DNA from: an uncultured Planctomycetaceae bacterium
GTDB taxonomy: Bacteria; Planctomycetota; Planctomycetia; Pirellulales; Thermoguttaceae
Length of the DNA: 64,000 bases
Reading direction: 5' to 3'
NCBI GenBank assembly: GCA_964436865.1
Contig: CAYTFK010000002.1
Span: 20,890 to 84,889, forward strand
Below the pieces are notes generated by a model. The model did not search any database, was not told where the DNA came from, and saw nothing but the letters and a program-made list of their open reading frames with translations. Position numbers and translations under genes: made by a program. The stretch's first letter is position 1, and every line of letters starts with the position of its first letter. Shown in pieces: positions 10,149-19,989 of this stretch.

Positions 10149-10398
10149 CTGACGGGGCGGTTTCCAGCACTGGAGGCAGACGCGAGACGGCGTCGAGACA
10201 GGGGAAGCCGTCGATGATACGGCGCTCGTTGTGGAGTTGAAAGGGGATGGCCATATCCCCTCGCCGGAGTCGCCCGGCTGTGGTGTGGTGCTCATCCGTT
10301 GGCAAAGTGTGACGGGGAGCGTCGAACGGCGTTCACCCAGCGAGTAGAATAGGCAAGACGGCAAACGATTCTATCTCGCAATCCGAGGAGATCAGGCT

Positions 10399-11763
10399 AT
10401 GGCGCTGCGGTCTTTGCTGTGCGCATTCGTGCTGTCGATCGTGTGCGGTCCGACAGCCATAGCTGACGAGAATCCGACATGGAAGGCCGGCGTCGCCGCA
10501 GCGAAGATCACCCCGAGCGAGCCACTCTGGATGGCTGGCTACGCTGCCCGGACGCGGCCGGCCGACGGCGCGACCCACGATCTCTGGCTTAAGGCGCTCG
10601 CGCTCGAGGCTGCCGACGGCCGCCGGGGCGTCGTGGTAACTTCCGACCTGCTAGGTTTCCCAGGTGCGATGTCGGAAAAGATCTGCCGCGAGTTGGAGAG
10701 CCGCTGCGGGTTGAAACGCGATCAGATCATGCTGACTGCCTCGCACACCCACTCCGGACCGGTGCTCAAGGACGCCCTTTATGACATCTATCCGCTCGAT
10801 GACCAGCAGCGGCAATTGATCGAGTCTTATTCCGCCGAGCTTGAGCGAACCGCTGTCGCGACCGTGGAAAAGGCATTGGCCGGGATGACGCCCGCGACCC
10901 TGTGGACTGGCGAAGGACGGGCCGGCTTTGCCGCCAACCGGCGCAACAACCGCGAGGCCGACGTGGTTCGCATCCGGCAGGAAGGGGGCGAGACGAAGGG
11001 CCCCTCAGATCATCGCGTGCCGGTGCTGGCAGTCCGCGGTCCCGACGGAAGCTTGCGGGCGGTCCTCTTCAGTTACGCGTGCCATGCCACGACGCTCGAC
11101 GGCCTCCAGTGGTGCGGCGACTATCCGGGTTTCGCCCAAATCGCTGTCGAGAGCGCTCATCCGGGCGCCGTGGCCATGTTTCATGCCGGCTGCGGAGCGG
11201 ACCAGAACCCGTTGCCGCGCCGATCGATGGAATTGTGCCGGCAGTACGGCGAGGAACTGGCGGAATCGGTGAAGGGTGTGCTCGAGCGGCCGCTGCACGG
11301 CGTCAGTCCACAGCTTGCGACTGCCTGGGAAACAATCGATATGCCGTTCGCCGAGCGTCCCGACCGGGCCAAACTGGCCGAGACCGCGTCGAAGGGTGGA
11401 TATGTCGGCCGCTGGGCCGAGCGGCTGTTGGCCGAGATCGACAGTGGCAAGACGCTGGCGACGTGCTACCCCTATCCGGTTCAGCTCTGGAGACTGGGCG
11501 AAGAGCAGTTGTGGATCGCGATGGGAGGCGAAGTGGTGGTCGACTACGCGCTCCGTTTCGCGAGAGAGCACGGAGCCAACATTTGGGTCACTGGCTACTC
11601 CAACGACGTCATGGCCTACATACCCTCGCAGCGAGTCTGGCAGGAAGGCGGATATGAAGCGGGGGCGTTCGCCGTGTATGGTCTGCCGGCAGAGACCTGG
11701 ACGCCGGACATCGAAGAGCGAATTTCCGCTGCCGTGGGGCGGCTTGTCGGGCAGGTGAAATAA
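10399..11763 (+). CDS. neutral/alkaline non-lysosomal ceramidase-like secreted hydrolase
   Basis: ATG with GAGGAG upstream and a signal peptide. N-terminal pattern (KAGVAAAKITP...PLWMAGYA...THDLWLKALAL) matches the ceramidase N-terminal domain as I remember it. Confidence 0.7.
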   Translation: MALRSLLCAFVLSIVCGPTAIADENPTWKAGVAAAKITPSEPLWMAGYAARTRPADGATHDLWLKALALEAADGRRGVVVTSDLLGFPGAMSEKICRELESRCGLKRDQIMLTASHTHSGPVLKDALYDIYPLDDQQRQLIESYSAELERTAVATVEKALAGMTPATLWTGEGRAGFAANRRNNREADVVRIRQEGGETKGPSDHRVPVLAVRGPDGSLRAVLFSYACHATTLDGLQWCGDYPGFAQIAVESAHPGAVAMFHAGCGADQNPLPRRSMELCRQYGEELAESVKGVLERPLHGVSPQLATAWETIDMPFAERPDRAKLAETASKGGYVGRWAERLLAEIDSGKTLATCYPYPVQLWRLGEEQLWIAMGGEVVVDYALRFAREHGANIWVTGYSNDVMAYIPSQRVWQEGGYEAGAFAVYGLPAETWTPDIEERISAAVGRLVGQVK

Positions 11764-11813
11764 TCCACCGGCAACCGGCGAAATTCCAGCCGTCTTTGCA
11801 GTAGCCCAGGATA

Positions 11814-11842
11814 TTGTACGGGACTTCCCACCACCCTATACT
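11814..11842 (+). promoter_or_regulatory. candidate sigma70-type promoter for the cold-shock gene (TTGTAC-N17-TATACT)
   Basis: -35 at 11814-11819 and -10 at 11837-11842 with a 17-nt spacer. It would give a roughly 80-nt 5' UTR, as is usual for csp genes. Confidence 0.35.
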
Positions 11843-11930
11843 GGCGGCGTCAACCAGCCCGAGTGCAGGTGTCGACGCGAGCCGAACCCGTTTCGGGCGA
11901 TGCGTGGTCGCGAGACGAGGAGTGGTTACG

Positions 11931-12158
11931 ATGCCGCAGGGTGTGATTAAGAAGATCGTTTTGGATCGCGGATTCGGATTCATCTCCGGGAACCCCGAGG
12001 ACGTGTTCTTCCATCACTCGACCGTCGAGGGGCACCGGTTCGACGATCTCCAGGAAGGGCAGAGCGTCGAATACGAACTGGAGACAGGCGAGCGGAGGCG
12101 CCAGGGCAAAGGGCCCCGTGCCGCATCGGTCCGCGTGGTTGAGTCGGCGGTGACGTAG
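11931..12158 (+). CDS. cold-shock domain protein
   Basis: RNP-1-like motif (DRGFGFI) and VFFHHS. ATG at 11931 preceded by GAGGAGTGG. The upstream part of the 114-aa track ORF is not protein-like. Confidence 0.85.
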   Translation: MPQGVIKKIVLDRGFGFISGNPEDVFFHHSTVEGHRFDDLQEGQSVEYELETGERRRQGKGPRAASVRVVESAVT

Positions 12159-12274
12159 CCACGGCGACGCGCCCGCCGGGCGCATGGACAATCGCCTGAC
12201 AGCGCGAGGCACGAGCGACGCCATCCGCCCTGGCGATGGCCGACGGGTGTCGTCAAGTGCGCTCGATCCGCATC

Positions 12275-14047
12275 TCAGTCGAGCATCACGTCGGCGAACT
12301 CGCTGCGCAATGCTTCGAGGGCTTGCTGGCCTTTGTCGCCGGCCACGACCACGTTCACCAGCATCTCGCTGGTGTTGATCATCTCGATATTGATGCCGGC
12401 CTTGGCAAGTGACTGGAAGAGTCGGCTGGCGACGGCAATGTGGGTTCGCATGCCGATGCCGGAAACGGAAAGCTTGGCCACCCGGGGTGAACTCGTCGGC
12501 CGCGGGCCGCTCAGCCCATCGGCGATCCGTTCGGCGACGGCGGCGCTCTTTGCAAGATCCGCGGCTGGCATAGTGAAGCTGATATTGGCCCGGCCTTCGC
12601 TGCCGACGCTCTGCACGATCATATCAACGACAACGCCGTTTTCCGCGACCTCATCGAATACCTGGGCGGCCAGGCCCGGAGTGTCGGGGATGCCCTTGAG
12701 CGTCACGCGGGCCTGAGACTCGTCGAGCGTAATGCCGCTGATGAACAGGCTCTCCATACCCCGGAGGCGCTTGACCAGTTCATCGCTGCTGGCGGCGCGG
12801 GTCGGCTTGCCGGATGGCTCGGCCGCTTCGGCGGGCGCCTGGTCCAGCCCGAACGTCTCGTGCACGGTTCGCAATGCTTCGACGCCGTGGCTTCGCTCAA
12901 CCACCACCGAGATCTTGATCTCGCTGGTGGTGATCATGAGGATGTTGATGCCTTTTTCGGCCAGCGCTCGGAACATCTTGTCGGCCACACCCGGTTGAGT
13001 GGCCATTCCAAGGCCGACGATCGAAACCTTCGACACGTCGTCGTCGTAGGTATAGCCTGCGGCGCCGAGTTCCTTGACCGCCTGATCCACCGCCTTGAGG
13101 GTGGTCGGCAACTCATCGCGGGACACCGTGAAGGAGATGTCTGCGCGGCCGTCTTCGGCCACGTTCTGCACAATCATGTCGACGGCGATGTTCTTGTCGG
13201 CCACTTTCTGAAACACGCCCATTGCCGCGCCTGGCCGGTCCGGTACGCCGAGCACGGTCACACGAGCTTCATTCTTCACCAGGGCCGCCCCACAGACGGG
13301 CTGATCGGGGGCTTCAGGATCGGCGACGATCATGGTGCCGGTCATATCGCTGAAGCTGCTGCGGACGTGGACCGGTACGTTGAACTTCTTGGCGAATTCA
13401 ATCGACCGGTTGTGCATCACGCCGGCGCCGGCGCTGGCCAGTTCGAGCATCTCGTCGTAGCTGATCTGCTTCACGCGGCGGGCCTCGGGCACCAGCCTCG
13501 GGTCGGTCGTATAGATGCCGTCGACGTCGGTATAGATCTCGCAAGCCTCGGCGCCCAGCGCGGCGGCCAGGGCTACGGCCGTGGTGTCGCTGCCGCCCCG
13601 GCCGAGGGTGGTGATGTCCTGTTCCTCGGTGATTCCCTGGAATCCGGCGGCGATGACGATCTTCCCCCCGTCGAGCGCTTCGCGGATGCGGCCGGCGGTG
13701 ATCGAGCGGATGCGAGCCTTGGTGTGGGTCCGGTCGGTCACGATACCCATCTGCGCACCGGTCATGCTGATGGCCTGATGCCCGAGCGAGTGGATGGCCA
13801 TCGCCATCAGGGCCACGCTCACCTGCTCGCCGGTGGCCAGGAGCATGTCCATTTCGCGCGCCGGCGGCTCGTCGGTGATCTGCCGGGCCAGGTCGACGAG
13901 GACGTCGGTAGTATGGCCCATTGCGCTGACGACCGTCACCACCTGGTGACCTTCTTTCTGGGCGCGAATGGCCTTGCGGGCCGCCGCCAGAATCTTCTCG
14001 CTGTCCGCAACACTTGTGCCGCCAAATTTTTGTACGAGGATCGACAT
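12275..14047 (-). CDS. lysC: aspartate kinase with duplicated regulatory region (four ACT-like modules)
   Basis: N-terminus KFGGTSV and the kinase core. Four ACT-like segments follow (VTVLGVPDRPGAA..., VSIVGLGMATQPG..., VTLKGIPDTPGLA..., LSVSGIGMRTHIA...). Confidence 0.92.
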   Translation of the reverse strand: MSILVQKFGGTSVADSEKILAAARKAIRAQKEGHQVVTVVSAMGHTTDVLVDLARQITDEPPAREMDMLLATGEQVSVALMAMAIHSLGHQAISMTGAQMGIVTDRTHTKARIRSITAGRIREALDGGKIVIAAGFQGITEEQDITTLGRGGSDTTAVALAAALGAEACEIYTDVDGIYTTDPRLVPEARRVKQISYDEMLELASAGAGVMHNRSIEFAKKFNVPVHVRSSFSDMTGTMIVADPEAPDQPVCGAALVKNEARVTVLGVPDRPGAAMGVFQKVADKNIAVDMIVQNVAEDGRADISFTVSRDELPTTLKAVDQAVKELGAAGYTYDDDVSKVSIVGLGMATQPGVADKMFRALAEKGINILMITTSEIKISVVVERSHGVEALRTVHETFGLDQAPAEAAEPSGKPTRAASSDELVKRLRGMESLFISGITLDESQARVTLKGIPDTPGLAAQVFDEVAENGVVVDMIVQSVGSEGRANISFTMPAADLAKSAAVAERIADGLSGPRPTSSPRVAKLSVSGIGMRTHIAVASRLFQSLAKAGINIEMINTSEMLVNVVVAGDKGQQALEALRSEFADVMLD

Positions 14048-14085
14048 GACACGAACACAGGGTTAAAGGATCGATCGAGCAATCA

Positions 14086-15297
14086 TCAGGACTCGGATCG
14101 GCCGAGGAAGTGCGACATCAGCCTCCAGCCCTCGTCGAAGACCAGTTCAGAGCGGGCGGCGGTTGGGTCGTCGTAGGTGCTCAGCGCATCCGCGGCAATG
14201 CCGGCGCCGGCCATGGCAAACGGCACATAGCCGTGGCTGTGGGTCTTGGTCCGCAGCGGAGTCGGATGGTCGGGCGAGATCAGAACACGGCCTTCGCCGT
14301 GGGCGGCAATCGCCTGCCAGAGCGGCGCGACAATGTGGCGGTCGATCTCTTCCAGGGCCTTGATTTTCGCTTCCAGGTCGCCTTCGTGCGAGGCCTCGTC
14401 GGTGGCCTCGACATGAACGCACACCAGATCGTAGTTGTTGAGTGCCTCGATGGCATAGCGGCCCTTGGCGGCATAGTCGGTGTCGGTGTAGCCGGTCGCG
14501 CCGGGAACGTCGATTCGTTGCCAGCCCAGAAGCACTGCCAGGCCGCGAAGCAAGTCGACCGCTGTAATCATGGCTCCCCGCACGCCGAAGCGTGCGGCAA
14601 AGGCAGGCAGACGCGGCGTGCTCCCCAGGCCCCAGAGCCAGATGTTCGTTGCCGGCAACTTGCCCTGCTCGCGCCGGGCCAAGTTCACCGGATGATCGGT
14701 GAAGATGGCGACGCTTTCGCCCATCAGACGGTTCAGCAGGTCGCTGCCCGGGCCGCGCGGATACGCATCAAGGACGGAGCGGTCGGTCAAGTCGTGGGGC
14801 GGTGTCGTTCGCGAGTCGGGGGAAAACGGTGCCGGCTGGCCCTTGCCTCGGTAGATGAGCAGGTTGCGGTAGCTCACGCCGGCATGAAACTCGAGTTGTT
14901 TGCTGCCGAGCCTTTCCTGGCAAGCGGCAATCAGTTGGGCCGCCTCTTCACTGGAAATGTGCCCGGCGGTGAAATCCCGCATGATCTGGTCTTGGATTGT
15001 GACCAGGTTGCAGCGGACGGCCCAGTCATCGGGACCAAGCTCGATCCCTTGGGCGGCGGCCTCCAGGGGCGCTCGGCCGGTGAAGTGCTCCAAAGGGCTG
15101 TAGCCCAGGAGGCTCAGGTTGGCTACATCGGAACCGGCCGGCAGCGAGACGGGTACGTTGTTTGCGCGGCCAACCACGCCTGCCGCCGCCACCGCGTCCA
15201 TGGCCGGCAGATGGGCCGCTTCCAGGGGCGTCTTGCCGCCAAGTGCTTCCTGCGGTTCGTCAGCGCATCCATCGGGAATGACGATCGCGTATTTCAT
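14086..15297 (-). CDS. cofactor-independent phosphoglycerate mutase homologue (archaeal ApgM type); proposed homoserine kinase
   Basis: MKYAIVIPDGCAD...TPLE N-terminus and metalloenzyme/alkaline-phosphatase-superfamily C-terminal part (HVEATDEASHEGD, SPDHPTP). Its start codon abuts the hom stop with 0 nt between them (15297/15298). Confidence 0.85.
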   Translation of the reverse strand: MKYAIVIPDGCADEPQEALGGKTPLEAAHLPAMDAVAAAGVVGRANNVPVSLPAGSDVANLSLLGYSPLEHFTGRAPLEAAAQGIELGPDDWAVRCNLVTIQDQIMRDFTAGHISSEEAAQLIAACQERLGSKQLEFHAGVSYRNLLIYRGKGQPAPFSPDSRTTPPHDLTDRSVLDAYPRGPGSDLLNRLMGESVAIFTDHPVNLARREQGKLPATNIWLWGLGSTPRLPAFAARFGVRGAMITAVDLLRGLAVLLGWQRIDVPGATGYTDTDYAAKGRYAIEALNNYDLVCVHVEATDEASHEGDLEAKIKALEEIDRHIVAPLWQAIAAHGEGRVLISPDHPTPLRTKTHSHGYVPFAMAGAGIAADALSTYDDPTAARSELVFDEGWRLMSHFLGRSES

Positions 15298-16602
15298 CTA
15301 GCAATCCCTGATCCGCATGCAGACCGTACCAGGGCGGACGCAGGCGTGCCCGCCAATGGCCTCAAGCGCGTCGCGAACGCCGCCCTCAGGCGCCGTGTGG
15401 GTCATGATTACCAACGGCACGATTCCGTCCGCCTCTTCGTCGGTTTCGTGTTGGATGACCGAGGCGATCGAAATCTCGTGCCGCCCGAGGATGCCGGCGA
15501 TCTCGGCGAGGACTCCGGGACGGTCTTCGACGTGGAATCGCAGGTAGAATCGCCCGGGAACCGTCGCGGGGTCGCGGAGGACGACCGACGTTTTCTGTTC
15601 GCGGCACCAGAGGTTGAGCGTCCGGAAAGTGATCGCGGTTCGCCCCACCAGCGTATCGATCACGTCGGCAACCACCGCGGAGGCGGTGGGCATCTGCCCC
15701 GCGCCGAGACCGTGGAAGAACACTCGGCCCACCGCGTCGCCGACGACTTCAACGGCGTTATAGGCCCCGCGGACTTCTGCCAGGGGAGTACCGTGGCGGA
15801 CGAGCGTCGGCGATACGTGCAGTTCCAGTCCTTCGGGTACATGGTTCGCGACGGCGAGCAGCTTGATGCGGTAGCCGAGTTCCTGCGCGTAGTGCAGGTC
15901 GGCCAACTCCACCGTGTCGATCCCGGCTCGGGGAATCTGCTTCCAATCGATCCGTGCACCGCAGGCGAGGTGGGCGAGGATCGCCAGTTTCTGCGCGGCA
16001 TCGCTGCCGTCGACGTCCATTGCCGGATTGGCCTCCGCGTAACCGAGCCGCTGGGCTTCGGCGACCGCCGCGGAGTACTCGGCTCCTTGCTCCTCCATCT
16101 GCGTGAGGATGAAGTTGCTCGTCCCATTGAGGATCGCGTGGATGCTCTGGATTCCGTTGGCAGCGAGCGACTCGCCGATTGCGGCGATGATGGGGATGCC
16201 GCCGCCGACGGCAGCTTCGAAAGCAATGGATCGTCCGAGCTTCCGCGCTTCAGCGAACAACTCCTCGCCATGTTCCGCCAGCAATGCCTTGTTTGCGGTC
16301 ACCACGTTCTTGCCGCTTCCAAGCAGCTGAAGCACAATAGACCGGGTGGGATTGACCCCCCCTATTAGCTCAACTGCCACCTCGATCTCGGGATCATCCA
16401 GAACGTCGGAGAGTTCTTGCGTCAGGAGGCCGGGCGGCAGGGCAACATTCCGTGCCCGACTTAGATCTTTATCCACTACTCTGACCAGTTCCACCTTACG
16501 CCCCACGCGGCGGGAGATTCGGTCTGCCTGCTCGACCAACAGCCTCGCGGTGCCGGAGCCAATAGTGCCGAAACCGACAATCGCGACCTTCGCAGTCTTC
16601 AT
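15298..16602 (-). CDS. hom: homoserine dehydrogenase
   Basis: NAD-binding N-terminus VAIVGFGTIGSG, catalytic-domain similarity and a C-terminal ACT-like region. 434 aa. Confidence 0.92.
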   Translation of the reverse strand: MKTAKVAIVGFGTIGSGTARLLVEQADRISRRVGRKVELVRVVDKDLSRARNVALPPGLLTQELSDVLDDPEIEVAVELIGGVNPTRSIVLQLLGSGKNVVTANKALLAEHGEELFAEARKLGRSIAFEAAVGGGIPIIAAIGESLAANGIQSIHAILNGTSNFILTQMEEQGAEYSAAVAEAQRLGYAEANPAMDVDGSDAAQKLAILAHLACGARIDWKQIPRAGIDTVELADLHYAQELGYRIKLLAVANHVPEGLELHVSPTLVRHGTPLAEVRGAYNAVEVVGDAVGRVFFHGLGAGQMPTASAVVADVIDTLVGRTAITFRTLNLWCREQKTSVVLRDPATVPGRFYLRFHVEDRPGVLAEIAGILGRHEISIASVIQHETDEEADGIVPLVIMTHTAPEGGVRDALEAIGGHACVRPGTVCMRIRDC

Positions 16603-16815
16603 GGGTGGACCCGGCTCCCGTTCACTGGTGCCAATCGAATCCGTTATGGTAGGTCACGCGGGCGGGAGCCGTCAAGCGTGGACAAGGCCGGCTTGCAGGA
16701 CCGATGACGACCGTGATACTTATGACATGCGACCGGCCGATGACGCCAGAACGGAGGGTCCGACTCGGCCGGAAGTTCACCCCCGCACATCGATTTGCCA
16801 TGCGAAGGAGCCCTG

Positions 16816-17874
16816 ATGGACGCTGATGCCCGCGCTTTCCTTGAACAGGTGCTGGAGACGCCCAGCCCTTCGGGTTATGAGAGCCCGATCCAGCAACTCG
16901 TTCGCGGCTATGCGCAGCAGTTTGCCGACGAGGTCCGCACCGACTTGCACGGCAATGTGATCGCGGTGCGCAATGCCGGGGCAAGCCGGAGAGTGATGCT
17001 GGCCGGCCACTGCGACCAGATCGGCCTTTACGTGCAATATGTCGACACTGAGGGGTTCGTTTACGTCCAGGCACTCGGCGGCTGGGATACGCAGGTTCTG
17101 TTAGGCCAGCGGATGACCGTCTGGGGCCGGCAGGGACCGGTGACAGGCGTTATCGCGCGGAAGGCGATTCATCTGCTTACGGAAGACGAGAAGAAGCAGG
17201 TGCCCAAGCTCAAGGACATGTGGCTCGATATCGGCTGCAAGAGCCGTGAGGAGGCCGAGGGGCTGGTTCGTGTGGGCGATCCGATCACGGTGGAGTTGGT
17301 CGCCCGCGAGCTCCGCAACGGTCTGATGGCCTCTCCCGCCATGGACGACAAGTGCGGCATGTGGGTTGTGCTGGAGGCGTTGAGGCGGGTCGACGCGGGA
17401 AGGCTCCAGTGGGCTGTCTACGCGGTGTCGACTGTCCAGGAGGAGGTCGGGCTGCGCGGCGCCAAGACAAGTGCTTACGGCATCGACCCGGAGGTGGGCA
17501 TCGCCGTGGACGTAACCCATGCCACCGACAGTCCAACCATGGACAAGAAACAGGATGGCGATGTGGCGCTGGGCCGCGGTCCGGTGGTCTACCGCGGTCC
17601 GAACATGAATCCGAAGCTGGTGGAACGTTTGATCGAAGCGGCCGGCACTCACCAGATTCCGTACCAGCTTGGCGCAAGCGGACGCCCGCCCGGAACCGAT
17701 GCCAATGTCATCCAGCTCAGCCGAGCGGGCGTCGCTACCGGACTGGTCAGCATTCCGAACCGCTACATGCACAGCCCCGTGGAGGTGATCTCGCTGGAGG
17801 ATATCGATCGGGCCGCGGACCTGCTGGCGAGGACGATCGAGGATCTGCCCGGCGATTTCGACTTCACCCCATAG
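16816..17874 (+). CDS. M42 family metallopeptidase (FrvX/CelM-like aminopeptidase)
   Basis: ATG at 16816 with GAAGGAG upstream. Family pattern (TPSPSGYE, LHGNVIA, MLAGHCDQIG, DDKCG, QEEVGLRGA, IPNRYMHSP). Confidence 0.85.
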   Translation: MDADARAFLEQVLETPSPSGYESPIQQLVRGYAQQFADEVRTDLHGNVIAVRNAGASRRVMLAGHCDQIGLYVQYVDTEGFVYVQALGGWDTQVLLGQRMTVWGRQGPVTGVIARKAIHLLTEDEKKQVPKLKDMWLDIGCKSREEAEGLVRVGDPITVELVARELRNGLMASPAMDDKCGMWVVLEALRRVDAGRLQWAVYAVSTVQEEVGLRGAKTSAYGIDPEVGIAVDVTHATDSPTMDKKQDGDVALGRGPVVYRGPNMNPKLVERLIEAAGTHQIPYQLGASGRPPGTDANVIQLSRAGVATGLVSIPNRYMHSPVEVISLEDIDRAADLLARTIEDLPGDFDFTP

Positions 17875-18073
17875 AATCGCTTGACCGGGGGATGACGACC
17901 AGTTCTCCATGGGCAGGCGATTGCGCCGCCACGCGCCCTTACCCGCCGAACTGCCTTTCGGCTGCCAAAATGGCACCACGACTGAGTGCAGTGCTGGGCT
18001 CGACTCCGGGTGCGATTCGGCAGTGCTGACGCAACTCATTGCGTCCCATGATATTCGGTTGACGATCCCCCGT

Positions 18074-18088
18074 TGGCACGCTGCTTGC
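18074..18088 (+). promoter_or_regulatory. candidate sigma54 (-24/-12) promoter upstream of groEL copy 1
   Basis: TGGCACG-CTGC-TTGC matches the TGGCAC-N5-TTGC consensus at all ten fixed positions. Correct orientation, about 147 nt upstream of the groEL start. Confidence 0.35.
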
Positions 18089-18234
18089 GAAATACGGCGA
18101 CAAATTCGGCCTCGGCTGTCAAACTCGGTCGGAGGTCAGAGGGGATCTCGCAGGCAAGCTATCGCCCAGTTGGGCCACGTCGGCGTGGCCATCGTCGGGC
18201 GCAGTCGTCTCGCCAACAACAGGAGGAATCCGCT

Positions 18235-19920
18235 GTGGCAAAACAGATGGTCTTTGAGGACTCGGCCCGGAAGCAATTGGCCGCCGGGGTGAGCAAGCTG
18301 GCGCGGGCCGTGTGCACCACGCTCGGTCCGCGCGGCCGGAATGCCGTGCTGGACAAGGGCTGGGGTTCGCCGAAGGTGACAAAGGACGGCGTGACCGTAG
18401 CCGAGGACATCAGTCTTGACGACCCCTACGAGAACCTTGGCGCCCAATTGGTGAAAGAAGCGGCCAGCAAGACCAACGACGTGGCCGGGGACGGCACCAC
18501 CACGGCGACGGTACTCGCCGAGGCGATCTACCGCGAGGGCCTGAAGATGGTCGCCGGCGGGGCCGACCCGATGGCCTTGTCGAGAGGCATTCACAAGGCC
18601 AAGGACGCTGTCGTCGAGAACATCCGCAAGATGGCGTCGTCGGTCGACGAGAAGAGCAAGAAAGAGATCGCCCAGGTGGCGACCATTGCCGGCAACAACG
18701 ACCCGTCGATCGGCACCGTGCTGGCCGACGCCTTCATCAAGGTGGGCAAGAACGGCGTCATCACGGTCGAGGAAGGGCGGCAAAGCGAGACGTACGTCGA
18801 CGTTGTCGAGGGCATGCAGTTCGATCGGGGTTACCTCTCCCCGCATTTCGTCACTGACCAGGAAGACATGAGCGTTGAGTTGGAGAACTGCCTTGTGCTG
18901 GTGCACGAGGAGAAGATCTCCAACGCGCGCACAATGGTCCCCCTGCTGGAAGCTGTTAGCAAGGCCGGCAAGCCGCTCTTGATTATCGCCGAGGACGTCG
19001 AAGGCGAGGCGCTGGCCACACTGGTCGTTAACAAGATGCGCGCCATCCTCAATGTCTGTGCAGTGAAGGCGCCGGGATACGGCGACCGCCGCAAGGCGAT
19101 GCTGGGCGACATCGCGACCCTGACGGGCGCCCAGGCGATCTTCAAGGACTTGGGAGTCTCGCTGGAGGCGATCAAGCTCAGCGACCTGGGCCAAGCCAAG
19201 AAAGTGATCGTCACGGCCAACGACACGACGATTGTCGGCGGCGCCGGTAAGAAGGACGCGATCGAAGGCCGAGCCGAGCAGATTCGCCGCGAAATCGAAA
19301 CCACCACGAGTGACTACGACCGCGAGAAACTCCAGGAACGACTGGCGAAGCTCGCCGGAGGCGTGGCGCAAATCAATGTCGGCGCCGTCACTGAGACGGA
19401 GATGAAAGAGCGCAAGGCGCTGTTGGAAGACGCTCGTGCGGCGACCCAGGCGGCACTGGAGGAGGGCATCGTGCCGGGCGGCGGCGTGGCGCTGTTGCGC
19501 AGCACAAAGGTCATCGACAAGCTCGAACTGCAGGGGGATGAAGCCCTCGGCGCTCAGATCGTGAAGAACGTGCTGGACGTGCCGTTGCGGGCGATCGCCG
19601 AGAACGCCGGCCAGTCCGGCGCCGTGGTTGTCAACCGCGTGCGCCAGATGAAGGGCAAGAACGACGGATACGACGCGGAAAAGGATCAGTACGGCGACCT
19701 GGTGGAAGCCGGAGTGATTGACCCTGCGAAGGTCGTGCGATCCGCGCTGCAAAACGCTGCCAGCGTCGCCTCGCTCCTGCTGACCACCTCGTGCCTCGTG
19801 ACCGACGTGCCCAAGGAAGAAGAGCCGGCCGGCGGGCCGGGCGGACACGGCGGCCATGGAGACATGGGCATGGGCGGAATGGGTGGCATGGGCGGAATGG
19901 GTGGCATGGGAGGGTTTTAG
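18235..19920 (+). CDS. groEL: chaperonin GroEL (copy 1, with GGM-repeat tail)
   Basis: GTG at 18235 with AGGAGG 8 nt upstream, giving (M)[24 protein letters not shown] motif. C-terminal [17 protein letters not shown] tail. Confidence 0.95.
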   Translation: MAKQMVFEDSARKQLAAGVSKLARAVCTTLGPRGRNAVLDKGWGSPKVTKDGVTVAEDISLDDPYENLGAQLVKEAASKTNDVAGDGTTTATVLAEAIYREGLKMVAGGADPMALSRGIHKAKDAVVENIRKMASSVDEKSKKEIAQVATIAGNNDPSIGTVLADAFIKVGKNGVITVEEGRQSETYVDVVEGMQFDRGYLSPHFVTDQEDMSVELENCLVLVHEEKISNARTMVPLLEAVSKAGKPLLIIAEDVEGEALATLVVNKMRAILNVCAVKAPGYGDRRKAMLGDIATLTGAQAIFKDLGVSLEAIKLSDLGQAKKVIVTANDTTIVGGAGKKDAIEGRAEQIRREIETTTSDYDREKLQERLAKLAGGVAQINVGAVTETEMKERKALLEDARAATQAALEEGIVPGGGVALLRSTKVIDKLELQGDEALGAQIVKNVLDVPLRAIAENAGQSGAVVVNRVRQMKGKNDGYDAEKDQYGDLVEAGVIDPAKVVRSALQNAASVASLLLTTSCLVTDVPKEEEPAGGPGGHGGHGDMGMGGMGGMGGMGGMGGF

Positions 19921-19989
19921 TCCCTTTCGCGGCCCCTTAATTGAATCTCAAGCACAACTTCACATCGACTAGACCAGAGGAACCTGACC

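Noticed and set aside
14110-16368. 752-aa plus-strand ORF spanning the apgM-like and hom genes
   Set aside because: Antisense shadow ORF. It has Arg/Gly/Pro/His-rich composition and no motifs, while the opposite strand encodes two strongly recognisable enzymes.
16611-16671. 9-bp inverted repeat CGGCTCCCG...CGGGAGCCG in the hom leader as an SD-sequestering switch
   Set aside because: The GGGAG lies 12 nt from the ATG, too far for a good SD. The 5' half falls between the best -35/-10 candidates, so it may not be transcribed.
17875-18234. CIRCE / HrcA operator (TTAGCACTC-N9-GAGTGCTAA) upstream of the chaperone genes
   Set aside because: No acceptable match here, nor in 19921-19989, 20293-20348 or 21969-22144.
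18136-19857. 573-aa minus-strand ORF antisense to groEL copy 1 (and the similar 20199-21548 ORF antisense to copy 2)
   Set aside because: Shadow ORFs of GC-rich coding DNA. GroEL on the plus strand is unambiguous.
19861-19917. Tandem nucleotide repeat ATGGGCGGAATGGGTGGC x2
   Set aside because: This is simply the coding sequence of the GroEL Gly-Gly-Met C-terminal tail, not an independent repeat feature.
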